DNA from: a virus
Taxonomy: Duplodnaviria; Caudoviricetes
IMG/VR virus record: IMGVR_UViG_3300028198_000005
Coordinates: 1 to 55,796 of that record
Strand: one strand, 5' to 3'
Length of the DNA stretch: 55,796 bases
Numbering within the stretch: the first letter of the stretch is position 1; every line of letters begins with the position of its first letter. Under the pieces are notes generated by a model. The model was not told the DNA's origin. It saw only the letters and a list, made by a program, of their open reading frames with translations, and did no database searches. This document shows, one piece after another, positions 9,504-17,718 of this stretch. Position numbers and translations under genes: made by a program.

Positions 9504-9746
9504 ATGACACGTTACATACACAGCAATTGCACCTACGTCCAAAACTACAACGAAGGCACCTATACATTCACCGGCCCGTGTCGGGTAACCGGCAAGCCCT
9601 ATAGTGTGACAATATTAGGGTGCGAACTTTGGGACTTAAACCAAGGCGCGTTGATACAAGACGCGCTTAAAACTGTAAGCGCAGAGGACAGGGAGTTTGT
9701 TTGCAGCGGGACAAGCCCCGAAGGATGGGAAAAATTATTTGCATAA
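9504..9746 (+). CDS. conserved small phage protein
   Basis: GALIQDAL..VSAEDREF..SG..PEGW..LF motif. Confidence 0.7.
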   Translation: MTRYIHSNCTYVQNYNEGTYTFTGPCRVTGKPYSVTILGCELWDLNQGALIQDALKTVSAEDREFVCSGTSPEGWEKLFA

Positions 9747-9761
9747 AAAACATTTTTTTGG

Positions 9762-9790
9762 TTGACTCGAATCATTGATTGAATTATACT
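9762..9790 (+). promoter_or_regulatory. sigma70-type early promoter
   Basis: TTGACT-N17-TATACT, with ATG 10 nt downstream. Confidence 0.75.
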
Positions 9791-9800
9791 TTTTGCAGTT

Positions 9801-10550
9801 ATGGAACTACTCAGCATATCATTTGAAAACGCAAAGCTCAAGGGCATTTATCACTTCTCTCTTCCGAGCGGACACACTTGCCCCGGCGCAAAAAACTGCT
9901 TAACTAAAGCGGACAGGGTAACGGGGAAGCTCACGGATCAGCAGACAGAAGTGGACGGGATTATCTTTCGCTGCTATGCAGCAGGGATGGAGAATAGGTT
10001 TCCCAAAGTAAGGGCATCGCGCTGGCGCAACTTTGATCTGTTAAAAGAAAAGAAAAGCACAGCCGAAAAAACACAGTTAATTGTGGAGAGTATAAAAGCC
10101 ACGGGCCTGAAGCGTGGCGGGACATTGCGTGTGCATATCGGCGGCGATTATTATTCCCAAAGTTATTTCAACGCATGGATGAAAGCGGCAAGCTATTTCC
10201 CAAACGTGGTTTTTTATTCCTATACTAAAAGCATTAAGTTTTTGTTGGAGTACGCCACCGCAATGGGCGGTTTGCCAAAGAACTTTGTTTTTACCTGCTC
10301 GCGCGGTGGAAAGTATGACAATTTAATTCCCTCGACGATGGTTAAAAGCGCAAAGGTTTTCTTCAACAAGGACGAGGCTGATGCACTTGGTTTAGAGATT
10401 GACCACACCGACGATCTGGCGATTTCGGGTTCTGATGATTTCGCGCTTGTGATTCACGGAGCGCAGCCAGCGGGAAGTGAAGCCAGCAAAGCCCTTTCGG
10501 CTAATAGAAAAAAAGGCTTTACAGGGTACAGCGCAACCGCTAAAATTTGA
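9801..10550 (+). CDS. Gp88-like phage protein
   Basis: FSLPSGHTCPGA..C, CYA, RVHIGGDYYS and FYSYTKS motifs. Confidence 0.7.
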   Translation: MELLSISFENAKLKGIYHFSLPSGHTCPGAKNCLTKADRVTGKLTDQQTEVDGIIFRCYAAGMENRFPKVRASRWRNFDLLKEKKSTAEKTQLIVESIKATGLKRGGTLRVHIGGDYYSQSYFNAWMKAASYFPNVVFYSYTKSIKFLLEYATAMGGLPKNFVFTCSRGGKYDNLIPSTMVKSAKVFFNKDEADALGLEIDHTDDLAISGSDDFALVIHGAQPAGSEASKALSANRKKGFTGYSATAKI

Positions 10551-10621
10551 CCCGTGGAGCATACATGGTTCTGGGTCGGAGTAACGGTGTTTTTACTGAT
10601 GGCCTTCAAAAAATTATTTGA

Positions 10622-11101
10622 ATGACGAAAGTTATAGTACAGAAAGAAGGGACGAACTGGGCAGTCGGCATAGTTGGCGACACAAAAAGAGAAGTCGAAA
10701 GAAGATATTTCTATTTTTGGAATAATAAAGCGACAGACGGCGAACTGTTTTGGTTGAAAGATGAAGCCGCGCCATTCGTGGCATATTTTTGGACTGACAA
10801 GGACAGATTGAAAGAGTCATTGAAAAATGCCAGTTTATTGGAAGCGATGCAAGCGGGGTTTGGCGATGATTTCAAAGGTAAAAAAGGTGGGCTAATGCCC
10901 TTTGCGAAAGATATAGCAGAATCAAAATTTCTAGAGATTAAAACAGAGACGTTTATAGATAGAACAAAAAGATATAACTTCTACACACTAGGGAGCATAA
11001 AAGCAGAAAACTTTTATCCCGTTCCCCGGTCTGCTTTAGATCGGACTACGATTCACAATAAAAATGAATCTAACGGGGGTATATTCAAAAAAATAAAATG
11101 A
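10622..11101 (+). CDS. hypothetical protein
   Basis: 159-aa ORF. Confidence 0.6.
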   Translation: MTKVIVQKEGTNWAVGIVGDTKREVERRYFYFWNNKATDGELFWLKDEAAPFVAYFWTDKDRLKESLKNASLLEAMQAGFGDDFKGKKGGLMPFAKDIAESKFLEIKTETFIDRTKRYNFYTLGSIKAENFYPVPRSALDRTTIHNKNESNGGIFKKIK

Positions 11102-11280
11102 TAAACGACAATCAAGAACACACACGGCAAGCGGATTCCTTTGATGATGTTTATAGTATCGACCTCGGAGCTATAAAAGAGTTTAATACGGCCTACGAAA
11201 AATGGGCAAAGAAAAACAACATTCAAAGCGGATGGCAAAAGAACAAGGGACAATTTAATTGTAAAACTGTAAAAGAATGA
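11098..11280 (+). CDS. hypothetical protein
   Basis: Coupled ORF. Confidence 0.55.
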   Translation: MINDNQEHTRQADSFDDVYSIDLGAIKEFNTAYEKWAKKNNIQSGWQKNKGQFNCKTVKE

Positions 11281-11459
11281 AACTACCAAAAATAGATTTG
11301 CTAAATACTTATGTTTTTGAAACCAATCACGGTGAGAAAATAACAATAAAAGCATATTTTAAAGAAGAGGCGATTATTGAATTCCAAGAAGATTATCAAA
11401 AAATTGGAACCAGTTATTATAAACCCACTGTTTTTGTAAAAGTGGAAAAGGTGGCCTAA
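11277..11459 (+). CDS. hypothetical protein; its stop codon is the TAA of element E2
   Basis: Coupled ORF ending in TAA at 11457-11459. Confidence 0.55.
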   Translation: MKLPKIDLLNTYVFETNHGEKITIKAYFKEEAIIEFQEDYQKIGTSYYKPTVFVKVEKVA

Positions 11460-11529
11460 GTCGTTGACTACCAAGGACTTACGGCCGCGCCCCCCCCGCG
11501 GCGCTAAGTCCTTGTGCGACAGTGACTTA
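11457..11529. repeat. double-palindrome element E2
   Basis: TAAGTC-GTTGACTACCAAG-GACTTA, 23-bp C-rich spacer, TAAGTC-CTTGTGCGACAGT-GACTTA. Confidence 0.95.
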
Positions 11530-11542
11530 CGATGGACCTTAG

Positions 11543-11833
11543 TTAAAAGCGGTTTGCTGTACTATTTCCGGCAAGGAAACTAGTAGCGACTTTCACAACC
11601 CCGTAATGAATGCCTTTTATCGCGGTGGGTTTTTTCCATTTTTCCTTTGTTGTGTCAACCGTTATCTTTCTGTCGTAATGTTTAGAGCCGTGAGTGGGGT
11701 GTTTGTGACACCCACGATTGCCAGCTCTATATACATTGAAAAGGATAACTTTTCTAAACTTTTCCTTTTTGTCTTTTTGGGAAACGAAGCGCCAAGGATA
11801 GTTGGAGAGAAGTTTAGGCTTTTGATGTTTCAT
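11543..11833 (-). CDS. possible hypothetical basic protein
   Basis: 96-aa ORF on the locally coding strand; no motif. Confidence 0.3.
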   Translation of the reverse strand: MKHQKPKLLSNYPWRFVSQKDKKEKFRKVILFNVYRAGNRGCHKHPTHGSKHYDRKITVDTTKEKWKKPTAIKGIHYGVVKVATSFLAGNSTANRF

Positions 11834-11843
11834 GATTAAATAC

Positions 11844-11867
11844 CCCCCACCCCTTGCGGGGTGGGGG
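11844..11867 (-). terminator. strong GC hairpin downstream of the DUF932-like gene
   Basis: CCCCCACCCC-TTGC-GGGGTGGGGG perfect 10-bp stem; weak U-tract. Confidence 0.5.
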
Positions 11868-11881
11868 TGTGATGTGTTCCC

Positions 11882-12790
11882 CTAGACCGTCAGCGTGGTC
11901 TCTATTTTCTCCTTGACAAGAGCTTTGGTGGTGAGCTCTCCAAAACGCTTGGCGGAGTTCTGAGCCTTGACCAAGTTCCCCAGCATCGTCTTGCTGACTC
12001 GGTTGGCGTACTCGAAGCGATCACCTTGAACCTCATGGGTCAGGTGCTGTGTGGTGGCGTTGTACAGGTTGTACAGGTTGTCACTGCGTTGCTCAAGCCT
12101 ATCCTGATTAAGGTAAGCCTCGTTTTCCCAGATGAACTGGATGGAGTCCCGCATGGATTCAGCCAGCACCTTCTTGATGGCGAGGTTGTCGAGAATCAGA
12201 ACACCTTGCTCTTTGGTGATCGTGCGCTCGCGCAGTCCCTTGAACATGGTGAGGGAGGTCTCAAACTTCTCCTTGCAAACGGCGATAGAATTGCCGATGA
12301 AGTCCAGCGTCAGCTTGGAGCTGTGCTTTTTAGTGACGCTCGTGTCGTTGACCAGAGCAGTCATCCCGTTGGTGCAGATTTGGCGTAGAAGCCCAATCGA
12401 CCATGAAACCCCGCAACTTCTATCGAATGAGTTGTTAAGGGTCAAGCGCATACCGACCGCATCACCGTTGGCGACCTTGCCAGTAACGGTAGGGAAGTCG
12501 TACACCCCATAGAAACGTGCGCCGTCACGGGCAACAAATTTCTGGCTAGTGAAACCGCTTAAACCGTTTTTGGATAAAGCGTCTTCGACTGAATCAACAA
12601 TTTTACTATTGTTGACGATCTCGTACTTCTCGGTGGAAGTACCTAAGCAGACATTGCTGTCTGTGCGAAAGTTCCCCATTACTGGAGACTTCCCGATCAT
12701 GACAGGCTTGCCGCCACGACTGAACAGAGGCTCCTGCACGACTTGGTAGTCGTACTCGGAACTTGTAGTAGGATTTTTAGGTTTTCTCAT
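11882..12790 (-). CDS. DUF932-family protein
   Basis: YEIVNN, LNNSFDRS, RQICTNGM, KKHS and NLYNLYNATT motifs. Confidence 0.75.
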   Translation of the reverse strand: MRKPKNPTTSSEYDYQVVQEPLFSRGGKPVMIGKSPVMGNFRTDSNVCLGTSTEKYEIVNNSKIVDSVEDALSKNGLSGFTSQKFVARDGARFYGVYDFPTVTGKVANGDAVGMRLTLNNSFDRSCGVSWSIGLLRQICTNGMTALVNDTSVTKKHSSKLTLDFIGNSIAVCKEKFETSLTMFKGLRERTITKEQGVLILDNLAIKKVLAESMRDSIQFIWENEAYLNQDRLEQRSDNLYNLYNATTQHLTHEVQGDRFEYANRVSKTMLGNLVKAQNSAKRFGELTTKALVKEKIETTLTV

Positions 12791-12944
12791 AACAGTTGTT
12801 TCAAGTCCTTCCTCAGGACGCACTAATCATCTCATATTTTTGGAATCAAGTCAACCCCTTTATTGTCACTTTTTTAAAAAAATTTCTTTTATAAATCCTC
12901 AACATTGGCACGGTTCTTTCCGAAAAACCCACTTTATTGAAACT

Positions 12945-13017
12945 TAAGTCGTTGCGCTACAAGGACTTACGCGCGCCGGGGGGGCGCGGACGTAAGTCCT
13001 TAAGCGTCAATGGGTTA
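12945..13017. repeat. double-palindrome element E3 (whole-inverted form)
   Basis: TAAGTC-GTTGCGCTACAAG-GACTTA, 23-bp G-rich spacer, TAAGTC-CTTAAGCGTCAAT-GGGTTA. Confidence 0.95.
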
Positions 13018-13022
13018 GGTAT

Positions 13023-13058
13023 AAAAAAAACAACCCCTCGGCGTTGGCCAAGGGGTTG
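13023..13058 (-). terminator. rho-independent terminator
   Basis: CAACCCCT/AGGGGTTG stem with a T8 run on the minus strand. Confidence 0.7.
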
Positions 13059-13111
13059 CAGTTATGAGAGAAAACGCATTCCAAGATACGAGAATGCGTT
13101 CTCAAGAGATT

Positions 13112-13351
13112 TTAGAAAAGCCTCATGCTTTTAGCAAGCTTTTTCAAAAGGCTTTCCTTGCTTTCCAAGTAGCTCTCTACCTCTTCGCTTGTTGCGAGAC
13201 GTAGACTCTTGGCTTGCACGGAACCTTCTTCGCGCTTGTGATGTTCAGTCACTACCCGTGTGTTGCTGAACTGATTGGATATAACCCTTTCGACTCTCTT
13301 CTTTGGGACGTTGAAGTAGAGTGAACCGTTTCGTATGTCTTTGGTTTTCAT
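13112..13351 (-). CDS. hypothetical protein
   Basis: 79-aa ORF with its own TTGACT...TATACT promoter. Confidence 0.65.
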   Translation of the reverse strand: MKTKDIRNGSLYFNVPKKRVERVISNQFSNTRVVTEHHKREEGSVQAKSLRLATSEEVESYLESKESLLKKLAKSMRLF

Positions 13352-13392
13352 AACCGAGATAAGTATAGATTAAACAGGAGAAGGAGTCAAGT

Positions 13393-13671
13393 CTATTCTG
13401 AAATTGCTTGGCGTATCTTTTTCATCTTACCCTTCAAAAATGAAATAGCATCACAATTTTTGGCGTTGGTCTGCATGATGTGGCTCAGACTATATTCTAT
13501 TTTGCGCGTAAAGTCTTTGCGTAACGCATCCAACTTATCTGCATCTGCTCGCTTTATTGCGCGAGTCTTCTTGGCCGCTTTCTTCTTGTCAGCCTTCTTT
13601 ATTAAATGTTTAGTCTTCACTTTTTTTTCTCCGAATGCCTCTAGTAACTTGTCGTAATTGCTTACCTTCAT
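13393..13671 (-). CDS. Lys-rich hypothetical protein
   Basis: ATG at 13671 (MKVSNY). Confidence 0.6.
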   Translation of the reverse strand: MKVSNYDKLLEAFGEKKVKTKHLIKKADKKKAAKKTRAIKRADADKLDALRKDFTRKIEYSLSHIMQTNAKNCDAISFLKGKMKKIRQAISE

Positions 13672-13682
13672 ATTAAATAAAA

Positions 13683-14203
13683 TGGTGGCGGGAGTATTTG
13701 TGTACCCGCACCTTTTCAGTCCCCAGAAAACAAATGTTTCAGATCGACTTACTTCGGACTCACCCACGATTTTCCTCTGCCACTAGGCCGTTGTACTTCT
13801 CGCAGTCGCTACGTTACCCCTTTGGGAGGGGTTATTCCGTCACACCGAACTCTCTCCGTCGAGAGAGAAATTGATTTGAATGGCGGTCAATCAAGGGAGA
13901 AATCTCAGCCACCGGCTCCAACCCCAGTAAGCTCAGCAAAGCCCCGCTGCATCTTAATAGCAATCTGCACCATTCAAAATTAAATGAGTTGTTACCGCGC
14001 CACCAGTAAATGCACAGGTAAGTCCTGCTCCAGCGTAAGATGTCTTACCATCCCTGTCCCTAGCGCGTTTATAGCTTAAGGGCGACGGAGGCGTATTTAA
14101 ATCACCAACTCAAATTCAAAGAACAATTAAAAAGTGTCAGGGGTGATTAGCATTGCGTTCCCGCCCTAATCTTTTTTTGTTAAGTCAGCCCTGCCTGACT
14201 CGC
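13683..14203 (-). ncRNA. cluster of about four putative structured non-coding RNAs
   Basis: ORF-poor, more GC-rich 520 bp made of units each closed by terminal complementary ends; upstream TTGACA-N17-TAGACT promoter. Confidence 0.5.
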
Positions 14204-14240
14204 ATTTTATGAAAGCTCCCCTAAGGGAAAGTATAGTCTA

Positions 14241-14516
14241 TCAGCTTTCTGTTTCGCTGTCAACCTGAAAATCATCCTTTGAAGGAATTTGATTCTCTTT
14301 TAGACTCTTGCGAATGTACTCCAAAGCTACGCGCTGCTTCGCAACGGTAAGTTTGATTTGATTCAAGCTCAAGTCGTTAGCCTCTTCCAAGAAACCGAGA
14401 GCATCACCTACCATGCGAATCTCTTTAACAGCTTCGCGCTGGTTGCTGCTTCTGCGTTCGATTTCGTCTCTCCCCGCTTTAGTGCGGGCCTGTAACCAAT
14501 GTAATGGGATATCCAT
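14241..14516 (-). CDS. hypothetical protein
   Basis: 91-aa ORF, GTTATG start behind a promoter. Confidence 0.6.
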   Translation of the reverse strand: MDIPLHWLQARTKAGRDEIERRSSNQREAVKEIRMVGDALGFLEEANDLSLNQIKLTVAKQRVALEYIRKSLKENQIPSKDDFQVDSETES

Positions 14517-14529
14517 AACTTTTTATATA

Positions 14530-15123
14530 TTACTTTGTTTCTGCTTGAAGGTCAAGCAAATTTTTCATCTTATCCTTTGGGGTATAGAAAATATTGTAGT
14601 GCGGCCCGATAGCGGTCTTGTCTCGGATGATCACCCTGTCAGACTTGTGAATGGGTGTTTTCTCTACATCATCAACAAAAGTCTCATGTTTATAGGGGTT
14701 GTAATACCCTCCGCGAAAATCTTCGCTCGACTCTGGGACGCATTGCTCGCAGTAGTCGTATGGTTTGTCGCTACAGTCACAGATACTGTACTTTTCGTAT
14801 AACTCATTATCAACCTCGCGAAAGCGTTCCTTGGAAACGTCACCAATCTCATGACATTTTCCGACAATATAAGCGTGAACATTCTTACGCTTTTCCCGAA
14901 GGACTCGCTGCCGACCTGCTGGCTGAACCCGAAACTTGGCATCATGCAATTCGACACGGTGAGCATGGCAGTATAACAGTCCCGTCTCAGCATCGATCAC
15001 CGACAGGCAATCCAAGTTCAGATTAAAATAAACCTTCACACGATCCGGTGCGACTTCGATGCCGTCTACCATCTTGCGTGGCCCTGCATCCTTCCAACTA
15101 ATGAATCCTTTTCTTTCCCTCAT
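14530..15123 (-). CDS. conserved phage hypothetical protein
   Basis: VYFNL...GRQRVLREKRKNVHAY...YNPYK..TFVD motif, with a Cys-rich insertion. Confidence 0.7.
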   Translation of the reverse strand: MRERKGFISWKDAGPRKMVDGIEVAPDRVKVYFNLNLDCLSVIDAETGLLYCHAHRVELHDAKFRVQPAGRQRVLREKRKNVHAYIVGKCHEIGDVSKERFREVDNELYEKYSICDCSDKPYDYCEQCVPESSEDFRGGYYNPYKHETFVDDVEKTPIHKSDRVIIRDKTAIGPHYNIFYTPKDKMKNLLDLQAETK

Positions 15124-15192
15124 AACTTCAAATAGTATAATTCAGTTCTTCTTGAATGTCAACGATTAATTTCAACTTTTTTAAAATTAAAT

Positions 15193-15266
15193 TGGACGCG
15201 AGGGACGGAATCGAACCGTCAATTGTTCTTTTGCAGAGAACCGTCTTACCGTTTGACCACCCCGCG
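15193..15266 (-). tRNA. tRNA-Cys(GCA)
   Basis: Cloverleaf: acceptor CGCGGGG/CCTCGCG, anticodon arm GTTCT-CTGCAAA-AGAAC, T arm GACGG-TTCGATT-CCGTC, U73 and encoded CCA. Confidence 0.92.
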
Positions 15267-15416
15267 AGCACAAGAAAATAGTCTCATGCTTTCGGAAACT
15301 TGTCAACAGAAAAAAATAAGAAATAAGAAATCATTAAATAGGAAATAGGAAACGGTTAAATACTAAATAGAGGGACGTTTTATAAATATATTTTTGGAAA
15401 AATTTTATAATTTACC

Positions 15417-15489
15417 TAAGTCACTGATTACCAAGGACTTACGCGCGCCCCCTCCCCCCCGGCCTAAGTCCTTGTAGCGCAACGACTTA
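15417..15489. repeat. double-palindrome element E4
   Basis: TAAGTC-ACTGATTACCAAG-GACTTA, 23-bp C-rich spacer, TAAGTC-CTTGTAGCGCAAC-GACTTA. Confidence 0.95.
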
Positions 15490-15553
15490 CGACTTTAAAA
15501 AGACACAAAAAAAACTCACGCTTTTTAGCGTGAGTGATGAGGGTTGGCACGGT

Positions 15554-15799
15554 TTATGCCTTGCCGAAGCACGTGGGGCACGACTCGAAAATTTTGCACC
15601 AGCACACCTCCTCGACCTCGGCCATAGCCAGATCGCGCTCGCGATCCTCGCGCTCGCGTTGCGCTTGCTGGGCGGCTTCGGATTCCATAGCGGCGTCCTG
15701 CGCGGCGATGTCAGCCTCGCGCACCTCGTCGCAATGACGTTCCAATTCGAACACCTCTTCGCATGAGAGGTCGGCGTATAACGATTTCGTAAGTCCCAT
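15554..15799 (-). CDS. small acidic protein with a C-terminal Cys cluster
   Basis: GTTATG start behind a TTGACT promoter; E/D-rich; CWC...CPTC. Confidence 0.6.
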   Translation of the reverse strand: MGLTKSLYADLSCEEVFELERHCDEVREADIAAQDAAMESEAAQQAQREREDRERDLAMAEVEEVCWCKIFESCPTCFGKA

Positions 15800-15854
15800 A
15801 ACTGATTAGAGAGTAACAGATTTCCGGAAAAAGTCAACAAAAAATCTCACTTTT

Positions 15855-16070
15855 TTAATACCATTGTTTGCGGTCGGTTTCCTGATCATAGCCCGCGTGG
15901 TAGGCCTCCACCTCGGCCTTGGCCATATCCTCCACCTTGACGCGAGGAGCGTTCCCCGTGCCGTTCGGATAATGGTGGGGCTCGCTGCCCCTGCCGTAGT
16001 AACGGTCAGCGGATCCCCGATCATAGGGGCTGCCGTGCTTCGTGTCGTATTTATTCATTTCAGTCCTCAT
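15855..16070 (-). CDS. conserved small phage protein
   Basis: HGSPYDRGSADRYYGR...EAYHAGY motif. Confidence 0.7.
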   Translation of the reverse strand: MRTEMNKYDTKHGSPYDRGSADRYYGRGSEPHHYPNGTGNAPRVKVEDMAKAEVEAYHAGYDQETDRKQWY

Positions 16071-16077
16071 AATAAAA

Positions 16078-16368
16078 TTACCAATCGCAGCATCCACCGT
16101 AATCCTCGTCGGTGCCAAAACCAGCGCTCGCGAGCGCGTCCCCGTCCGCTTCTGCGTCTGAGCGGAAACCGTCCCACGGCTCATCCGTGGCATCATCGAT
16201 AGACCACACCACGACACGAGTGCCGTCCGCGAGATGCTCGACGACATCCTCGCCCGCACGTTGGGCCAAATCGATGGCATCATTCAGCGCACTGTGATCC
16301 GCGTCGCCCATGTTCTGCGTGAAACTCCGCACGACACCCTCTTCGTCAACAACTGAGTACTTCCTCAT
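16078..16368 (-). CDS. highly acidic small phage protein
   Basis: DADGDALASAGFGTDEDYG-type C-terminus; TTGACA-N17-TATACT promoter. Confidence 0.7.
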   Translation of the reverse strand: MRKYSVVDEEGVVRSFTQNMGDADHSALNDAIDLAQRAGEDVVEHLADGTRVVVWSIDDATDEPWDGFRSDAEADGDALASAGFGTDEDYGGCCDW

Positions 16369-16495
16369 AACGCAAAACAGTATACCAGAAACCGGCGAGA
16401 TGTCAACCAATAATCTCACTTTTTTTCTTTTTTTTTCTTATGATTTTTGGCACGGTTGGCACGGAAACCCTTCTTAAAACGCTTTTCTGGAAACT

Positions 16496-16568
16496 TAAGT
16501 CACTGAGTATCAGGGACTTACGCGCGCGGGGGGGCCGCGGCCGTAAGTCCTTGTGGCTTAACGACTTA
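16496..16568. repeat. double-palindrome element E5 (spacer-flipped form)
   Basis: TAAGTC-ACTGAGTATCAGG-GACTTA, 23-bp G-rich spacer, TAAGTC-CTTGTGGCTTAAC-GACTTA. Confidence 0.95.
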
Positions 16569-16701
16569 CGACGTGGTTCCTTAGCATGTTGCGTGCCAAG
16601 TCAGGGGCTTTTATCTTGTGTCGCGATTACAGTAATCGCCAGCATTATTAAAAACGCAATGGTCGATATTAAAACAGTTGGGTCAGGGACTAAGTGGAGA
16701 A

Positions 16702-16890
16702 TCATTTGTAATTTGTAAAGTTGAAGTTGAAGGTTTTCTTTTCTTTCGCCGTCAATTTCAATTCTGTATTTTCAGCTTTAGCAATTACAGTTTCCCTTAA
16801 TTTTTTTCTCCTTCGCGCGTCACCTTCGCAAGCTGCGCGATCGTTTAAACTTAAGCCGCTCCAAATTTCGATTGAATTTTGTTTTTCCAT
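16702..16890 (-). CDS. hypothetical protein
   Basis: 62-aa ORF in a minus-strand run. Confidence 0.5.
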   Translation of the reverse strand: MEKQNSIEIWSGLSLNDRAACEGDARRRKKLRETVIAKAENTELKLTAKEKKTFNFNFTNYK

Positions 16891-16893
16891 AAT

Positions 16894-17130
16894 TTATCTT
16901 TTCCTTTTCTTTTGTCGGTTGGTGGCTTTTGTTTTATTTGATCCGGCTGGTCTTTCAAAAACTGTATGGACATTATTGCGACATCCGTCTTTACGGCCAT
17001 TGGAATCTGTTCCTTGGCTGCCCCAACTCCTTTTACCGCCGCTAGAACTATACAACATTTCTTGGTGGGCTTCTAGTCCTCCTAGCGGCATATGTCCGAG
17101 ATCGCCCATGTGTCGTTTTTCGTTTTTCAT
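16894..17130 (-). CDS. hypothetical protein
   Basis: Coupled to the upstream ORF. Confidence 0.5.
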   Translation of the reverse strand: MKNEKRHMGDLGHMPLGGLEAHQEMLYSSSGGKRSWGSQGTDSNGRKDGCRNNVHTVFERPAGSNKTKATNRQKKRKR

Positions 17131-17390
17131 GCGCGCCCTCCGTGTATGGCTTGCGCCATGTTAATAAGGTTGACGGCCTTGACCATACGATCCCAGCGGA
17201 AACGTCGAGTCTGGCCGGTTGGGCCTTGGTTGTCGTGGATCTCGACCGTTACCCCAGAAAAGGTTTCCCCCTCGGTAGTGTTGCGGAAGTGGTCAACGAT
17301 TACCCCAAGGTAGTTGTAAACGTGGTTGCCGTGATTTACCTCGCCCTCGTGGCGAGCCGGTTGATATTCGAACTTGTACATGTCTCTCAT
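17127..17390 (-). CDS. small protein, possible WYL/SH3-like fold
   Basis: C-terminal TRRFRWDRM; own promoter. Confidence 0.55.
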   Translation of the reverse strand: MRDMYKFEYQPARHEGEVNHGNHVYNYLGVIVDHFRNTTEGETFSGVTVEIHDNQGPTGQTRRFRWDRMVKAVNLINMAQAIHGGRA

Positions 17391-17432
17391 AACTTCAAAA
17401 AGTATAACTGATTTTTCCTTAAACGTCAACCC
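17384..17432 (-). promoter_or_regulatory. early promoter/start cassette, identical copy at 20688-20736
   Basis: GGGTTGACG-N17-TATACTTTTTGAAGTTATGAGAG, 49 bp exact duplicate. Confidence 0.85.
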
Positions 17433-17659
17433 CTAATTTGATATTTTAACCGTGGCAGCCAAGATTCTTTTTTCCATTCTAAAGCGAGCCGGTGGTTTTC
17501 CTTATTCTTTTTCCATCTCGCGATCCGAAGATCCAGCTTGAAAGCCGCGTAAAGCACTTTCTTAATCAAAAACACCTGCAACCTTACGGCCACGGCTAGC
17601 GGATGCAGAATCTTTTCAGCAATCGCAAAAACCGTTCCTTTTTCATTTTCATTTTTCAT
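17426..17659 (-). CDS. hypothetical protein
   Basis: ATG 17659 after an AGTGAG-NNN-CTCACT leader hairpin. Confidence 0.5.
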   Translation of the reverse strand: MKNENEKGTVFAIAEKILHPLAVAVRLQVFLIKKVLYAAFKLDLRIARWKKNKENHRLALEWKKESWLPRLKYQIRG

Positions 17660-17718
17660 TTTTTCAGTTTTTAGTGAGCCTCTCACTTCCTTAATCATGA
17701 AGCAATCAGGCAAAAAGG

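Noticed and set aside
12937-13134. Apparent paralogous ORF family with KSL...KDLRA.GG.GRKSL (also 9188-9421, 16440-16718, 18824-19207, 21981-22241)
   Set aside because: These are translations of the palindromic DNA element on either strand. Conservation is at the DNA symmetry level, and they lack promoters and good starts.
13683-13846. tRNA or tmRNA call for the unit ending in CCACCA
   Set aside because: No TTCRA T-loop, cloverleaf or tag ORF found; kept only as an unclassified ncRNA candidate.
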